Shown here: piece by piece, positions 35,263 to 44,304 of the stretch
How the letters are laid out: the number at the start of each line of letters is the position of its first letter
Numbering within the stretch: position 1 is the stretch's first letter
From: a virus
Lineage: Duplodnaviria > Caudoviricetes
Length of the DNA stretch: 50,683 nucleotides
IMG/VR virus record: IMGVR_UViG_3300043409_001053
Coordinates: 1-50,683 of that record
Strand: one strand, 5' to 3'
Made by a program: the position numbers and the translations under genes
The notes under the pieces: generated by a model
The model's database searches: none
Seen by the model: the letters and a program-made list of their open reading frames with translations, nothing else
Told to the model about the DNA's origin: nothing

Positions 35263-37766
35263 TATCTACTTATTACACCATTAAACTCATTTGCATCATT
35301 TACAGTTTTAGCTAGAACTTGACCATCTACTACTAATTTAGTATGAATTATAGGCTGTTTCTGCTCTGGAGCTATTACATTTACATTTGTGCTGTTCGCT
35401 CTTCTACTAGCTTGAAACTTCTCATAAGATTCATCCGAAGCTTTCCTAGAAAGTTCGTTTACGTTTTTAGTTGTAGCTTTTAAAACACCTTGAGATTCTT
35501 CCTTATTATCTTTAGAACTACTAAACTTACCTGCATTTTTAAATGAAAGCATTGAACTTTCAGCCTTACCTATCTTTAAACTGATACTGTCAAATAAATT
35601 AAACAAAGGTTCAAATGCTCCCTTAACCGTATTCTTAATACTAAGAAAAGCTTCGGTTAAAGGTGAAAAGAAATCTGCTAATCTATCCCCAAAATCGCTA
35701 AATTCTTTAGATATAGGGTCAACAAAACTAGTCATAAGTTCATCTCTTACACCCCTAAAGAACTTTTTAATTCTTACAATATAAGTACCAATATTAAGAA
35801 CAAAACCAAGTATCCCCATTCTTTCTAAAGCGTTTCTAGTTTTTTCGGATAAAGAAAATCCCTCAGATGTAGAACTATTCCATATTTCCATCATTCCAGT
35901 CAAAGCACCACCAACCTTCTGAAAGTAACCCAGTAAACCGTCTTTAACTTCTCCGCCATTTGCTAATCTATCCCCAAAATCGCTAAATTCTTTAGATATA
36001 GGGTCAACAAAACTAGTCATAAGTTCATCTCTTACACCCCTAAAGAACTCTTTAATTCTTACAATATAAGTACCAATATTAAGAACAAAATCAAGTATCC
36101 CCATTCTTTCTAAAGCGTTTCTAGTTTTTTCGGATAAAGAAAATCCCTCAGATGTAGAACTATTCCATATTTCCATCATTCCAGTCAAAGCACCACCAAC
36201 CTTCTGAAAGTAACCCAGTAAACCGTCTTTAACTTCTCCGCCATTTGCTAATTCATCAAACTCAGAAAAAGCACGTTTTAAATTCATAAACCCAGCTATT
36301 AACCAACCAACAGGACCTATCAAATATAAAATAGCATTTCCTAGTATTATCATAGTAGAAGATCCTTTTAATATCCATTTACTTGCTTGATATACCGCTA
36401 ATACTAATAAACCAAATGTTATTATTGCAAAACCAATAGGGCCAAGTGCAAAAGTTGTTGATATACCGAATAAATTCATGGCTGTTGTTAAAGGGGGTAT
36501 TATAGTACCTATCAACACCATAACAGAAACCAAAGCTAGGAATGCAACCGTTATTACTGTTATAGTCTTACCTATAGGGGTAGATACAAAGTCTGCAAAT
36601 ACTTCCAGTATCTTTGTTAAAGCAATTAAAATAGGTTGTAATATTGGTTTTAATGATTCGCCTATTCTAACCATAATTGAATCCCATTTCTTTTGTGCTA
36701 TTGCAATTGAAGCTCCAAATGTTGCATTTTGATTTTCAAACTCTTTCATTAAGCTTGTACCTTCTTTGAAAGCATCATTAGCCTGTGATTGTCTTTGTCT
36801 TACTAAGTCTATGTTTGTAGATAATTGAGCCATTACTTTAACGGCTTCTTGACTACCAACACCCATTCCTTGTAATGTTCTTTGCATATCCACATTAGAC
36901 ATCCCCTTAAAAGATTCACCTAATGTTAAGAAGAACTCATTTACATCTGTGTTTATCAATCTTTTTGCTTCATTTATTGTAAGTCCCATTTGTTTTGCAA
37001 ATTGAGGAAGCTTTTTACTTGCATCTAACAATATCGCTGTAACTCCACCTGCTCCAATTTGTGCATTAATACCAAGTTCCTCTAATGCAGAACCTAATCC
37101 CATTACTTGAGTTATTGATGGGGCCATATTACCAAGTTGACCTATTCTATTAGTAAATTCCGATATGTTACCTGCCGACCCTACACCAGCATCCGATAAA
37201 AAGTTTAGTGACGAACCTATACGAGTAAGTGCATCATCTATTTTTAAGCTTTTAGTCTCTGCAAATAGATTGTTCATAATTGACAATCTAGTAGCTACTT
37301 CCTCAGCTCCACCGCTAAATTCATCTCCCAAGGCAACTACTGCCATATCAATAGACTTGGTGAATCCTAGAATTTCCTCTTTAGCAACTCCCATTTTTCC
37401 ACCAATTACAGATATATCAATTAAATCTCCTATTGATGTCCTTGTATTAATTGCATCTAGTTCATTCCGATAATCCATCAACGCTTCACCTGCAAGACCT
37501 GTGGCTTTAGTTACTCCTGCCAACATATCACTCATTTCAGCAGACTTAGCCACAATTCCAGATATACCCATTAATATACCACCACTAAGCAAAATAGAGC
37601 CTAAACCACCTAAAGCAGGTAAGGCTTCATTAATCTTAGTAGATAGTTTACCTACACCATCATTAAGACCGTTAAAGCTGTTCTTTATCTTTCCTGCTGT
37701 TTGTGTAAAGGCATCGTGCAATGTGAATGATACTCCGAATCCTTGATTTGTTGCTCCAAAAGCCAT
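35262..37766 (-). CDS. tape measure protein
   Basis: 834-aa helical Ala/Gly-rich protein with hydrophobic stretch; terminal VDGQVLA. Confidence 0.92.
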   Translation of the reverse strand: MAFGATNQGFGVSFTLHDAFTQTAGKIKNSFNGLNDGVGKLSTKINEALPALGGLGSILLSGGILMGISGIVAKSAEMSDMLAGVTKATGLAGEALMDYRNELDAINTRTSIGDLIDISVIGGKMGVAKEEILGFTKSIDMAVVALGDEFSGGAEEVATRLSIMNNLFAETKSLKIDDALTRIGSSLNFLSDAGVGSAGNISEFTNRIGQLGNMAPSITQVMGLGSALEELGINAQIGAGGVTAILLDASKKLPQFAKQMGLTINEAKRLINTDVNEFFLTLGESFKGMSNVDMQRTLQGMGVGSQEAVKVMAQLSTNIDLVRQRQSQANDAFKEGTSLMKEFENQNATFGASIAIAQKKWDSIMVRIGESLKPILQPILIALTKILEVFADFVSTPIGKTITVITVAFLALVSVMVLIGTIIPPLTTAMNLFGISTTFALGPIGFAIITFGLLVLAVYQASKWILKGSSTMIILGNAILYLIGPVGWLIAGFMNLKRAFSEFDELANGGEVKDGLLGYFQKVGGALTGMMEIWNSSTSEGFSLSEKTRNALERMGILDFVLNIGTYIVRIKEFFRGVRDELMTSFVDPISKEFSDFGDRLANGGEVKDGLLGYFQKVGGALTGMMEIWNSSTSEGFSLSEKTRNALERMGILGFVLNIGTYIVRIKKFFRGVRDELMTSFVDPISKEFSDFGDRLADFFSPLTEAFLSIKNTVKGAFEPLFNLFDSISLKIGKAESSMLSFKNAGKFSSSKDNKEESQGVLKATTKNVNELSRKASDESYEKFQASRRANSTNVNVIAPEQKQPIIHTKLVVDGQVLAKTVNDANEFNGVISR
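35676..36252. repeat. 285-bp tandem duplication within the tape measure gene
   Basis: units 35676-35960 and 35961-36245; two substitutions seen; TGCTAAT at all three junctions. Confidence 0.92.
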
Positions 37767-37790
37767 ATTGTCAACGTTTTATCCAAATAT

Positions 37791-37818
37791 AAAAAAAAAG
37801 AGGAACTTAATCCTCTTT
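37791..37818 (-). terminator. terminator followed by TATATTTG (37784-37791) before the tape measure gene
   Basis: AAAGAGGA-loop-TCCTCTTTTTTTTT. Confidence 0.7.
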
Positions 37819-37826
37819 CGCAATTA

Positions 37827-38000
37827 CTAATTTCTTTTTAAAGCATCGTTTTCATCATCTTTAGTTTTATTCATTAATCGAACAAACTTATCAATACTCT
37901 CAAATTCTAAGTCCATAAACTCCCCAAGCGATAACCTGAATCCTAGATAATTCAAGTGAAAATAAATTTCCTCTATATCGCCTGAGATGGGAAGAAAAAA
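37827..38000 (-). CDS. -1 frameshift extension of the tail assembly chaperone
   Basis: slippery T TTT TTC at 37994-38000; -1 frame open (LPISGDIEEIYFHL...ALKRN) to TAG at 37827. Confidence 0.75.
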   Translation of the reverse strand, partial: FFLPISGDIEEIYFHLNYLGFRLSLGEFMDLEFESIDKFVRLMNKTKDDENDALKRN

Positions 38001-38803
38001 TCTATTGTCGAAATTAAATCAACCCTAGATTCAAGATTTGGATTTTCGTCATTTTTGATAGTCAACATTGTATCAATCAATCCTTCTGTTTTCCTCATTT
38101 CTCTTCTGAAATTCTCAGTATCAAATATCTCAGCTTCTTTATAATTCCAATCTACAATAGCATTAGATATAACACCATTGATAGCAACCTTTGGTTTTCT
38201 CATTTTAATATGCAAGTTAGCATCCATTAAAGACTTGGAAACTTTACTGAATATAGCTTCTTGCAAACCATCGCATACTTGCCAAACTATCACTTCGCCT
38301 TCATCTGTTTTAAAAACTCTTTGCTTTTGCTCATTAAGCATTTCGTCATAGCTTTCGTACATTTCTGGATAGAAAGTTTTTTCACTTAATAAAAGTTCTT
38401 GTTCTTCTTTGTCAAGTGTTTTTATATGGTCAGAAACCCACACATAAGGAATTATAGAAAACGAATCCCTATTGAATGTTACATCAAATTCCTGTGATTG
38501 TTTTTTACCTCCTGTAATAGCCCAATCATAAGTAAATGAGAATACTTCCATGTAACGCAAAGAGAATTGTCTAAGCTCAACCAAAGCATACTTTCTATCA
38601 TTAGTTAGCATCTTTTCAACATCGTTAACAGTAACATTAGTTACATCTCCTAACTGAATAATACAACTAGCTAACATCTCATTGATAGCATCATTTGGAT
38701 TAGTATTACTTTGATTTGTTAATGTTCCTTGGTCTTTTCCTTTAAGTGACCTTACTGTAATACCTACACCAGAAGGTAATACAAATTTCTTAGTTCTTGC
38801 CAT
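37973..38803 (-). CDS. tail assembly chaperone (start reassigned to MARTKK)
   Basis: between tube and tape measure genes; LPSG, R.L.GKD, DR...L..LR, terminal DFFFP. Confidence 0.75.
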   Translation of the reverse strand: MARTKKFVLPSGVGITVRSLKGKDQGTLTNQSNTNPNDAINEMLASCIIQLGDVTNVTVNDVEKMLTNDRKYALVELRQFSLRYMEVFSFTYDWAITGGKKQSQEFDVTFNRDSFSIIPYVWVSDHIKTLDKEEQELLLSEKTFYPEMYESYDEMLNEQKQRVFKTDEGEVIVWQVCDGLQEAIFSKVSKSLMDANLHIKMRKPKVAINGVISNAIVDWNYKEAEIFDTENFRREMRKTEGLIDTMLTIKNDENPNLESRVDLISTIDFFFPSQAI

Positions 38804-38843
38804 AATTGTTTTATTTGATTGTTTATTCACTTGCAATATAAAC

Positions 38844-38873
38844 AAAAAAACCTCTTTCAAGAAGAGGTTTTTT
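38844..38873 (-). terminator. terminator after tail tube gene
   Basis: AAAAAACCTCTT-loop-AAGAGGTTTTTTT. Confidence 0.8.
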
Positions 38874-38901
38874 ATATTGTTGTTTTAGTTTATTGTGTAA
38901 A

Positions 38902-39423
38902 CTATGAATTACCCAATCCAAATGCTTGACCCATCGCTTTAGCTCCTGAACTTGCGAAAATAGCCGTAAACTGTGGACTATCAGTAGGATAATAATACTG
39001 AACTGCAAAAGTAACCTCTTGCATAATGTTCTCACTATCATCTAACTTATACCCATCATTTGTAATCTTGCTAACCCAACAGTTACCCAAATAATGAGAC
39101 TGTAATGGAGTCACCATGTCAGTAGACATCTCTTTCAAGAACCCAGTTTTAAACGCACTAGACATAGGCTCTATCATAGCCGTAGCCATCAAGCCCCAAG
39201 CCCACGTATCTTTTCTGTTCGCTGGTTTTAATTTCTTCAAAACTAAGTCTCCAACTTTCATTTTACCTGCCGATTTACCGTTTGGCATATTGCCAGGACT
39301 ACCATGCTCTACAATTGCTAATTCGACATCTGGAGGTGTAATTTCCTGCACAAGGAAACTATCCGCTCCATCTAATTCAAGAATAAATCTGAATTTCTTT
39401 CTAGGTGTTATTATACCTGCCAT
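38902..39423 (-). CDS. tail tube protein (T4 gp19-like)
   Basis: PRKKFRFILE, GK.KVGDLVLKK, CWVSKI; follows the sheath gene. Confidence 0.88.
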   Translation of the reverse strand: MAGIITPRKKFRFILELDGADSFLVQEITPPDVELAIVEHGSPGNMPNGKSAGKMKVGDLVLKKLKPANRKDTWAWGLMATAMIEPMSSAFKTGFLKEMSTDMVTPLQSHYLGNCWVSKITNDGYKLDDSENIMQEVTFAVQYYYPTDSPQFTAIFASSGAKAMGQAFGLGNS

Positions 39424-39444
39424 ATCTTTCTAATGTTTAATATT

Positions 39445-41349
39445 TTACAATGTACCTTCTACAACAGAAACAATAGCATTACCATCTGTAATAGTAACAT
39501 CAATACCAATAAAGTCGATAGCTCTTATAGGGATAAAAACAAATCTTACTTTGTAAATACCTGCTGTAATATCTTCTTGTGTATTGAATGTTGCTTGTAA
39601 TGATGTTACGGCATCTTGGTCGCCAATCCAAAACCAACCATTTCCTTCACCGCCTACAATTGCTCTACCAGTTTCCAACGAACCGATGAAAGGTAATACT
39701 TCCCTGTATAGCTTTCTCCAAGTTGAAGGATCATTTGGCTCTGAAATATATTTCTTTGCTATAGGCTCTAAACTTCTTTTCAAGAACATAGCTAAGTCAG
39801 CAACGTTTTCAGCGTTCAATAACTTGCTTCTATCTCTCAATAATGATTTATTGCCCCACGCAACAGTTCCATAAGTTTCATCATCTACAATCGCCATTAC
39901 ACCTTCTGTAAAGCATTCGTCAGCGATGTCAGAATATGCAGGTGAAATAAAATTCACTTCATCAACTCCGTTATTTGGCATTGTTACCTTACCTCTAGTT
40001 GAACCAGTTGCAGTAATCCAAGCACCAAATTCAGTATCTACTTTTGCTCTTAAACCTAAGTAATCTACTAAAGCAGGGATATTGAATGTTCTTTGAGAAT
40101 CGTTTTCATCTGTGATGTTTACTTGTCCTGCGATTAAAGAACCTCTCCAATCGTCAATTGCTTGATGTGTGTAAATACCTTCTCCTAATCTGTAATCTTT
40201 AACAGTTTCAGGAGTTGCATTTATTGGACTTGCAATATGGAATCTCATATCACCTCTATCTGCTACATAAGAAGCTAAACCTAAGTCAACAACAGGGTCA
40301 GAAATAGAGATATTAGCTATTCTCATAGCATTAGTAACATTGCCAAATGACCACCAACCAGTCTGACCAACTTTTGAACCGTTGTAATCAGTTGGAAGAA
40401 TCAAAGAAATATCTTGAATACCACCAACAATAGAACCAGTACCTACAGAAGGATTTGACAATACACTTACAATCTGTACATATTTCATCTTACTATTAAA
40501 AGTAGCTATTTGACCACTTGTAGCACCAGTAGGAAAGTCTTTATAAGTTTGTGTAGTATCGCTGTCTTTTGCTGTTACTTTGATGTCATATTTACCACTT
40601 GCACCGCTTGAAGCGTTAACAACTTGAATAACCGTACCATCGTAACCACTTCCCACTTCTTCCGCAATGAAATTGATAGCTTCACCTACGGCAGTTACAC
40701 CACCAGTAAATGTACCATCTGTACCTGCTCCTGCTCCACCACCTGCAACATTGATTTCTAAAGCGTCAGTATTTACTGTAGCTCCAGTTCCAACAGGTGC
40801 TTTAATAACAATAGATGTACTATTAGAACTCACTAAAGTATATCCGTCTGTATTGTTAGCAAATGATGCAAGTAAACCAGTAACAACATTTAAGATAGTA
40901 TCACTTGTTTCTACATCATAAGTAGCTAAAGTATTACCATCATGTTCAATTGTGAATGTATTCACGTTTGTACCTGCATTAGTAACTACTACAGTTGCTT
41001 GTGCCAATGTTTCAGCAGTCGTTAATGTTCCAACGGTTACAGTACCTTTAGTACCTGACAGAGTTGTTTTATCTGCAACATCTGTATAATGACCTGCTCT
41101 TGATACCCAAAGTTTACCTCCTGCATCTAAAATTCTACGACAATATAAAGGAAAATCACTTCCATCTACATCACCTCCAAATTCTCTAGTAAATTCGGTA
41201 CTATTACGCACATAAACAGGCTTACCAACCTTACCTCTTTTGGTCACTCCTTGCACGCAAATGTTTGAAATAGAATCCCTATTGAATACAAGGGTACTAT
41301 CAACAACATTAGCAACTGCCTTAGGAACTCCACTTAACTGCTGTGTCAT
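39445..41349 (-). CDS. contractile tail sheath protein
   Basis: GVTKRG.VGKP, F.REFG, WGNKSL, SEPND..TW, PIRAIDFI. Confidence 0.93.
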   Translation of the reverse strand: MTQQLSGVPKAVANVVDSTLVFNRDSISNICVQGVTKRGKVGKPVYVRNSTEFTREFGGDVDGSDFPLYCRRILDAGGKLWVSRAGHYTDVADKTTLSGTKGTVTVGTLTTAETLAQATVVVTNAGTNVNTFTIEHDGNTLATYDVETSDTILNVVTGLLASFANNTDGYTLVSSNSTSIVIKAPVGTGATVNTDALEINVAGGGAGAGTDGTFTGGVTAVGEAINFIAEEVGSGYDGTVIQVVNASSGASGKYDIKVTAKDSDTTQTYKDFPTGATSGQIATFNSKMKYVQIVSVLSNPSVGTGSIVGGIQDISLILPTDYNGSKVGQTGWWSFGNVTNAMRIANISISDPVVDLGLASYVADRGDMRFHIASPINATPETVKDYRLGEGIYTHQAIDDWRGSLIAGQVNITDENDSQRTFNIPALVDYLGLRAKVDTEFGAWITATGSTRGKVTMPNNGVDEVNFISPAYSDIADECFTEGVMAIVDDETYGTVAWGNKSLLRDRSKLLNAENVADLAMFLKRSLEPIAKKYISEPNDPSTWRKLYREVLPFIGSLETGRAIVGGEGNGWFWIGDQDAVTSLQATFNTQEDITAGIYKVRFVFIPIRAIDFIGIDVTITDGNAIVSVVEGTL

Positions 41350-41406
41350 TTCTTATCTTTTTATTTTAAACAAAAACTACGCTCGATTACAATAATAATC
41401 TTTTTT

Positions 41407-42114
41407 TTAGTCAGTTACAATTTCAAACTCAATTAAATCATTGTCAGTTGATTCGTTGTCTGTTTCTGTATCTTTTTTAATTACTAAATCAATTCCAATA
41501 GTATTAATTGGTTTTATTCCTGCATGTAATATTTCAGGTTCATATACAAACAAATCTTTAGCCATAAAGCGATACATTCTTTCTACTCTGTCAGGGTCTT
41601 TTAAGTCTGTAGGTGTTCCAAAACTAGCAAATTCAAAACCACAACCTTCTATTTTGTCTCTATTAGAATCATACGCTTGAATCCATGTTCTAAATCCAAA
41701 TGCTTCCATTATAATCTTGTCAATAGCTAAATGATTGTATTCAGTATTGCATATAAACCTCAATTCATATTCAATATTACAAGCTAAATCTTGATGTCTT
41801 ACCTTATCAAATTTAGCTCCATTTTGAACTATTTCAATAGGATTTCCAGAACCGAAACTTCCCTTTGTAAAGTAGTTTCTTCTAATGTCGATTATAGAAT
41901 CTACTACCTTTCCTTTTTTGTATGGTGTGGCAGGTATGTGAACTCGTATAGGTATTTTACCACCAGTTCTAATTGCTTCAACAGCTTGACCAAATAGCAC
42001 ATTGTCAATTGGAAACGGCTTAAAATCATTTATATTAGGAAAGAAACCATATTTATAAATTACATCTTCTAGTCTTACTGCTATGCTTATGTCTATGTCG
42101 TTAATTTCTATCAT
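41407..42114 (-). CDS. putative tail terminator / neck protein
   Basis: position immediately upstream of the sheath gene. Confidence 0.55.
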   Translation of the reverse strand: MIEINDIDISIAVRLEDVIYKYGFFPNINDFKPFPIDNVLFGQAVEAIRTGGKIPIRVHIPATPYKKGKVVDSIIDIRRNYFTKGSFGSGNPIEIVQNGAKFDKVRHQDLACNIEYELRFICNTEYNHLAIDKIIMEAFGFRTWIQAYDSNRDKIEGCGFEFASFGTPTDLKDPDRVERMYRFMAKDLFVYEPEILHAGIKPINTIGIDLVIKKDTETDNESTDNDLIEFEIVTD

Positions 42115-42593
42115 TTCCTTTTATTTATTTTTTTCAAAACCTCTGTTTGAAATACCTTTTTATCTATAACCCATTGCAATGTTTCTTCAAATGTAGGTTT
42201 CCATAATTCCCTTTTTGGGATGTTATCAGTACCGAACTCGTGAACCGCTGCAATACTTATAATTTCAGTTCCATCTTTGCTTTTAACGTCTTTCTTAACT
42301 CCTGCAAAAGCTGTTTTGCCATCTGAATTAGAAGTAATAGAGTTCATATAATCACTAGTGGATACTAATGTCTTTGTTGATAAACCTTTCTTTCCTTTAC
42401 GTTCTTTATAATCTTCATCTAAATCTTCCCATTCTAAATCTTGATTTTTAATGTGTTTTACTGCTATTGATTCGGCTTTAAGTCCAACTTGTTTAAGTGC
42501 TACCTGAGTACCTTTATTAATGTCACCAGATAAATGATTAACTATCTTGTTTACTTGACCCCAATTACCCGTTTTCTTCATTCCACTAGCCAT
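42111..42593 (-). CDS. neck / virion morphogenesis protein (start reassigned to MASGMKK)
   Basis: W..L, TLVST..YMNSI, IAAVHEFGT..IPKRELWKPT. Confidence 0.75.
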   Translation of the reverse strand: MASGMKKTGNWGQVNKIVNHLSGDINKGTQVALKQVGLKAESIAVKHIKNQDLEWEDLDEDYKERKGKKGLSTKTLVSTSDYMNSITSNSDGKTAFAGVKKDVKSKDGTEIISIAAVHEFGTDNIPKRELWKPTFEETLQWVIDKKVFQTEVLKKINKRK

Positions 42594-43041
42594 TTTGAAC
42601 CCTCCTTTTAAAGAATAATTTAACCAATGCGAATCTATCTTCAAAAGGACCTACTTCTGCTCCACCTATCAATGTGTAATTATCCCCTCTAAAAGATACT
42701 TCATCAACAGTAGTATCAATAGTATATTTCTTGTTTACCAAATCAACTAAATTAGCACCTACCAAATCTTTGTAATAAATCAACAGATACCCTTCTGATA
42801 AATCTAAATTACCAAAAGCATTTCTTTCATTTAAAGATTTTGAATCCTTATCATAAATTGCCAAAGCTTTAAGGTTAAAATCAGTTTTATCTGTGACATC
42901 GCTTTTTTCTCTACCATAAAAGCTCGAATAGTTCTCTACAAATCTACTGATAACAATATCTATTTTAAAGAATGTGTCTCTAATGTCTTTGATAGCTGAA
43001 TCAAACTCATCCCAATCTGATTGACTTAATTGATCGCTCAT
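42586..43041 (-). CDS. putative head closure protein
   Basis: size and position in the neck module. Confidence 0.5.
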   Translation of the reverse strand: MSDQLSQSDWDEFDSAIKDIRDTFFKIDIVISRFVENYSSFYGREKSDVTDKTDFNLKALAIYDKDSKSLNERNAFGNLDLSEGYLLIYYKDLVGANLVDLVNKKYTIDTTVDEVSFRGDNYTLIGGAEVGPFEDRFALVKLFFKRRVQNG

Positions 43042-43043
43042 AA

Positions 43044-43565
43044 TTAACAGCAGTTAGTATTTCCACAAGTGAATAAAAAAGGCAAAGCTCCAGCATCATT
43101 TGGACTTGTTAAAAGAGGTGTACCACACAAAGGCAGTCTTATATTCATTGATATTGCCAACTGACATATTTCACCTTTCAAAGCATCTTGTATTTGTGTT
43201 GCCGTTGCTATTAAGAAACCTCCATCTTCTGCTTTAAGAACCTCAAACTCTGCTTCTGTAACATCTGCCTTTGCTTTCTTCAACACTTTAGCGGGTGTAG
43301 GAGCTGAGCCATTTACACCACCAGTATTTTCCATTATCTTATTGGTGACTAATGTATAAGAAGTCATTAAGCCAGTTAATAGTCTTTCTTTGCTAGTGTA
43401 AGTACCTTCATCTTCTGTATCTACATCAGACTTTAAGAGATAAGCCTGTAAATAATATTGTGTTTGACCTACAAAAGTATCAACCTTTGCTATATCGTCT
43501 GTATCTGTAGATGTTAACCATGTAACCCTACTGAATACTACATCATTAATAGTTCCTATTGCCAT
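43044..43565 (-). CDS. putative head-tail adaptor
   Basis: position after the capsid genes; helical N-terminus. Confidence 0.55.
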   Translation of the reverse strand: MAIGTINDVVFSRVTWLTSTDTDDIAKVDTFVGQTQYYLQAYLLKSDVDTEDEGTYTSKERLLTGLMTSYTLVTNKIMENTGGVNGSAPTPAKVLKKAKADVTEAEFEVLKAEDGGFLIATATQIQDALKGEICQLAISMNIRLPLCGTPLLTSPNDAGALPFLFTCGNTNCC

Positions 43566-43579
43566 AATATCAAAGATAT

Positions 43580-43614
43580 AAAAAAAGCCCTTACAATTTG
43601 CAAAGGCTTTTTTT
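43580..43614 (-). terminator. terminator followed by TATCTTTG (43571-43578)
   Basis: AAAAAAAGCCTT...AAGGGCTTTTTTT. Confidence 0.75.
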
Positions 43615-43615
43615 A

Positions 43616-43852
43616 TTATTTACGTTTTCTTTTTATAGAACCTTTTGTTTTAGGTGGTTGCAGTATTTCACAAAGCAATTCTCCTGGTTCTTTTATAGAT
43701 GTGTCAATCATTTTAAAATCTAAAATACCAGCGTTCATATACTTTACAACCTCATCGTCTTTCTCTAAAGAGATAGTGCTTGATCCTGTAAGTAATTTGC
43801 CTTTAATTTTTAAAGATGTTCGTTGGTCTTTTAATCCTACAATGACTTTCAT
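43616..43852 (-). CDS. hypothetical protein
   Basis: 78-aa ORF, weakly similar to the N-terminus of the upstream ORF. Confidence 0.65.
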   Translation of the reverse strand: MKVIVGLKDQRTSLKIKGKLLTGSSTISLEKDDEVVKYMNAGILDFKMIDTSIKEPGELLCEILQPPKTKGSIKRKRK

Positions 43853-43855
43853 AAT

Positions 43856-44236
43856 CTATTTACCTTTTGTTTTCAATGAGTCTTCTTTCAATTTTTTAAC
43901 TTCTTCTTCTAAAGCCAAACAATCTTCTTTCAAAGATGTGTTTTCTAAAGTCAAATTTTCAATTGCTGAATTAGCTAATTCTAATTCAGCCAACAACTCT
44001 GAATTGTCAGCAGTTTCGACTACAACTTTAGATGTTTCAATAGAAGTGTTGTAATCTTCAAGTTCTTTTTTGTCAGCTACAACTAAAGCTCCCTTATCCA
44101 TCAACAACTTAACATAAGGTGTTTTATCCAGTACCTTAACTTGTCCACCTACTAGCTTTTGAGATTCTCCATCTGATTGACTTCCGTCATAAAAAGACGT
44201 GTCTTTCTTTGCTAATTTTATAATTACTTTATCCAT
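43856..44236 (-). CDS. hypothetical protein with C-terminal coiled coil
   Basis: 126-aa ORF after the capsid gene. Confidence 0.7.
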   Translation of the reverse strand: MDKVIIKLAKKDTSFYDGSQSDGESQKLVGGQVKVLDKTPYVKLLMDKGALVVADKKELEDYNTSIETSKVVVETADNSELLAELELANSAIENLTLENTSLKEDCLALEEEVKKLKEDSLKTKGK

Positions 44237-44252
44237 GTTTGTTTTGTTTGCT

Positions 44253-44285
44253 AAAAAAGGGATTGGTAATTAAACCAACCCCTTT
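44253..44285 (-). terminator. terminator after major capsid gene
   Basis: AAAGGGGTTGGT-loop-ACCAATCCCTTTTTT. Confidence 0.75.
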
Positions 44286-44304
44286 AATATTGTTTAAAAT
44301 TTAA

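Noticed and set aside
35676-36252. Tape measure duplication as a diversity-generating retroelement TR/VR pair
   Set aside because: No reverse transcriptase in the window; copies are tandem and in frame; the two differences run in opposite directions (A>G and G>A)
38823-39041. 72-aa alternative-frame ORF
   Set aside because: Overlaps the tail tube gene and runs through a terminator
29098-41349. Extracellular contractile injection system or tailocin
   Set aside because: The tail genes resemble eCIS components, but portal, protease, capsid, terminase and replication genes are present, so this is a phage
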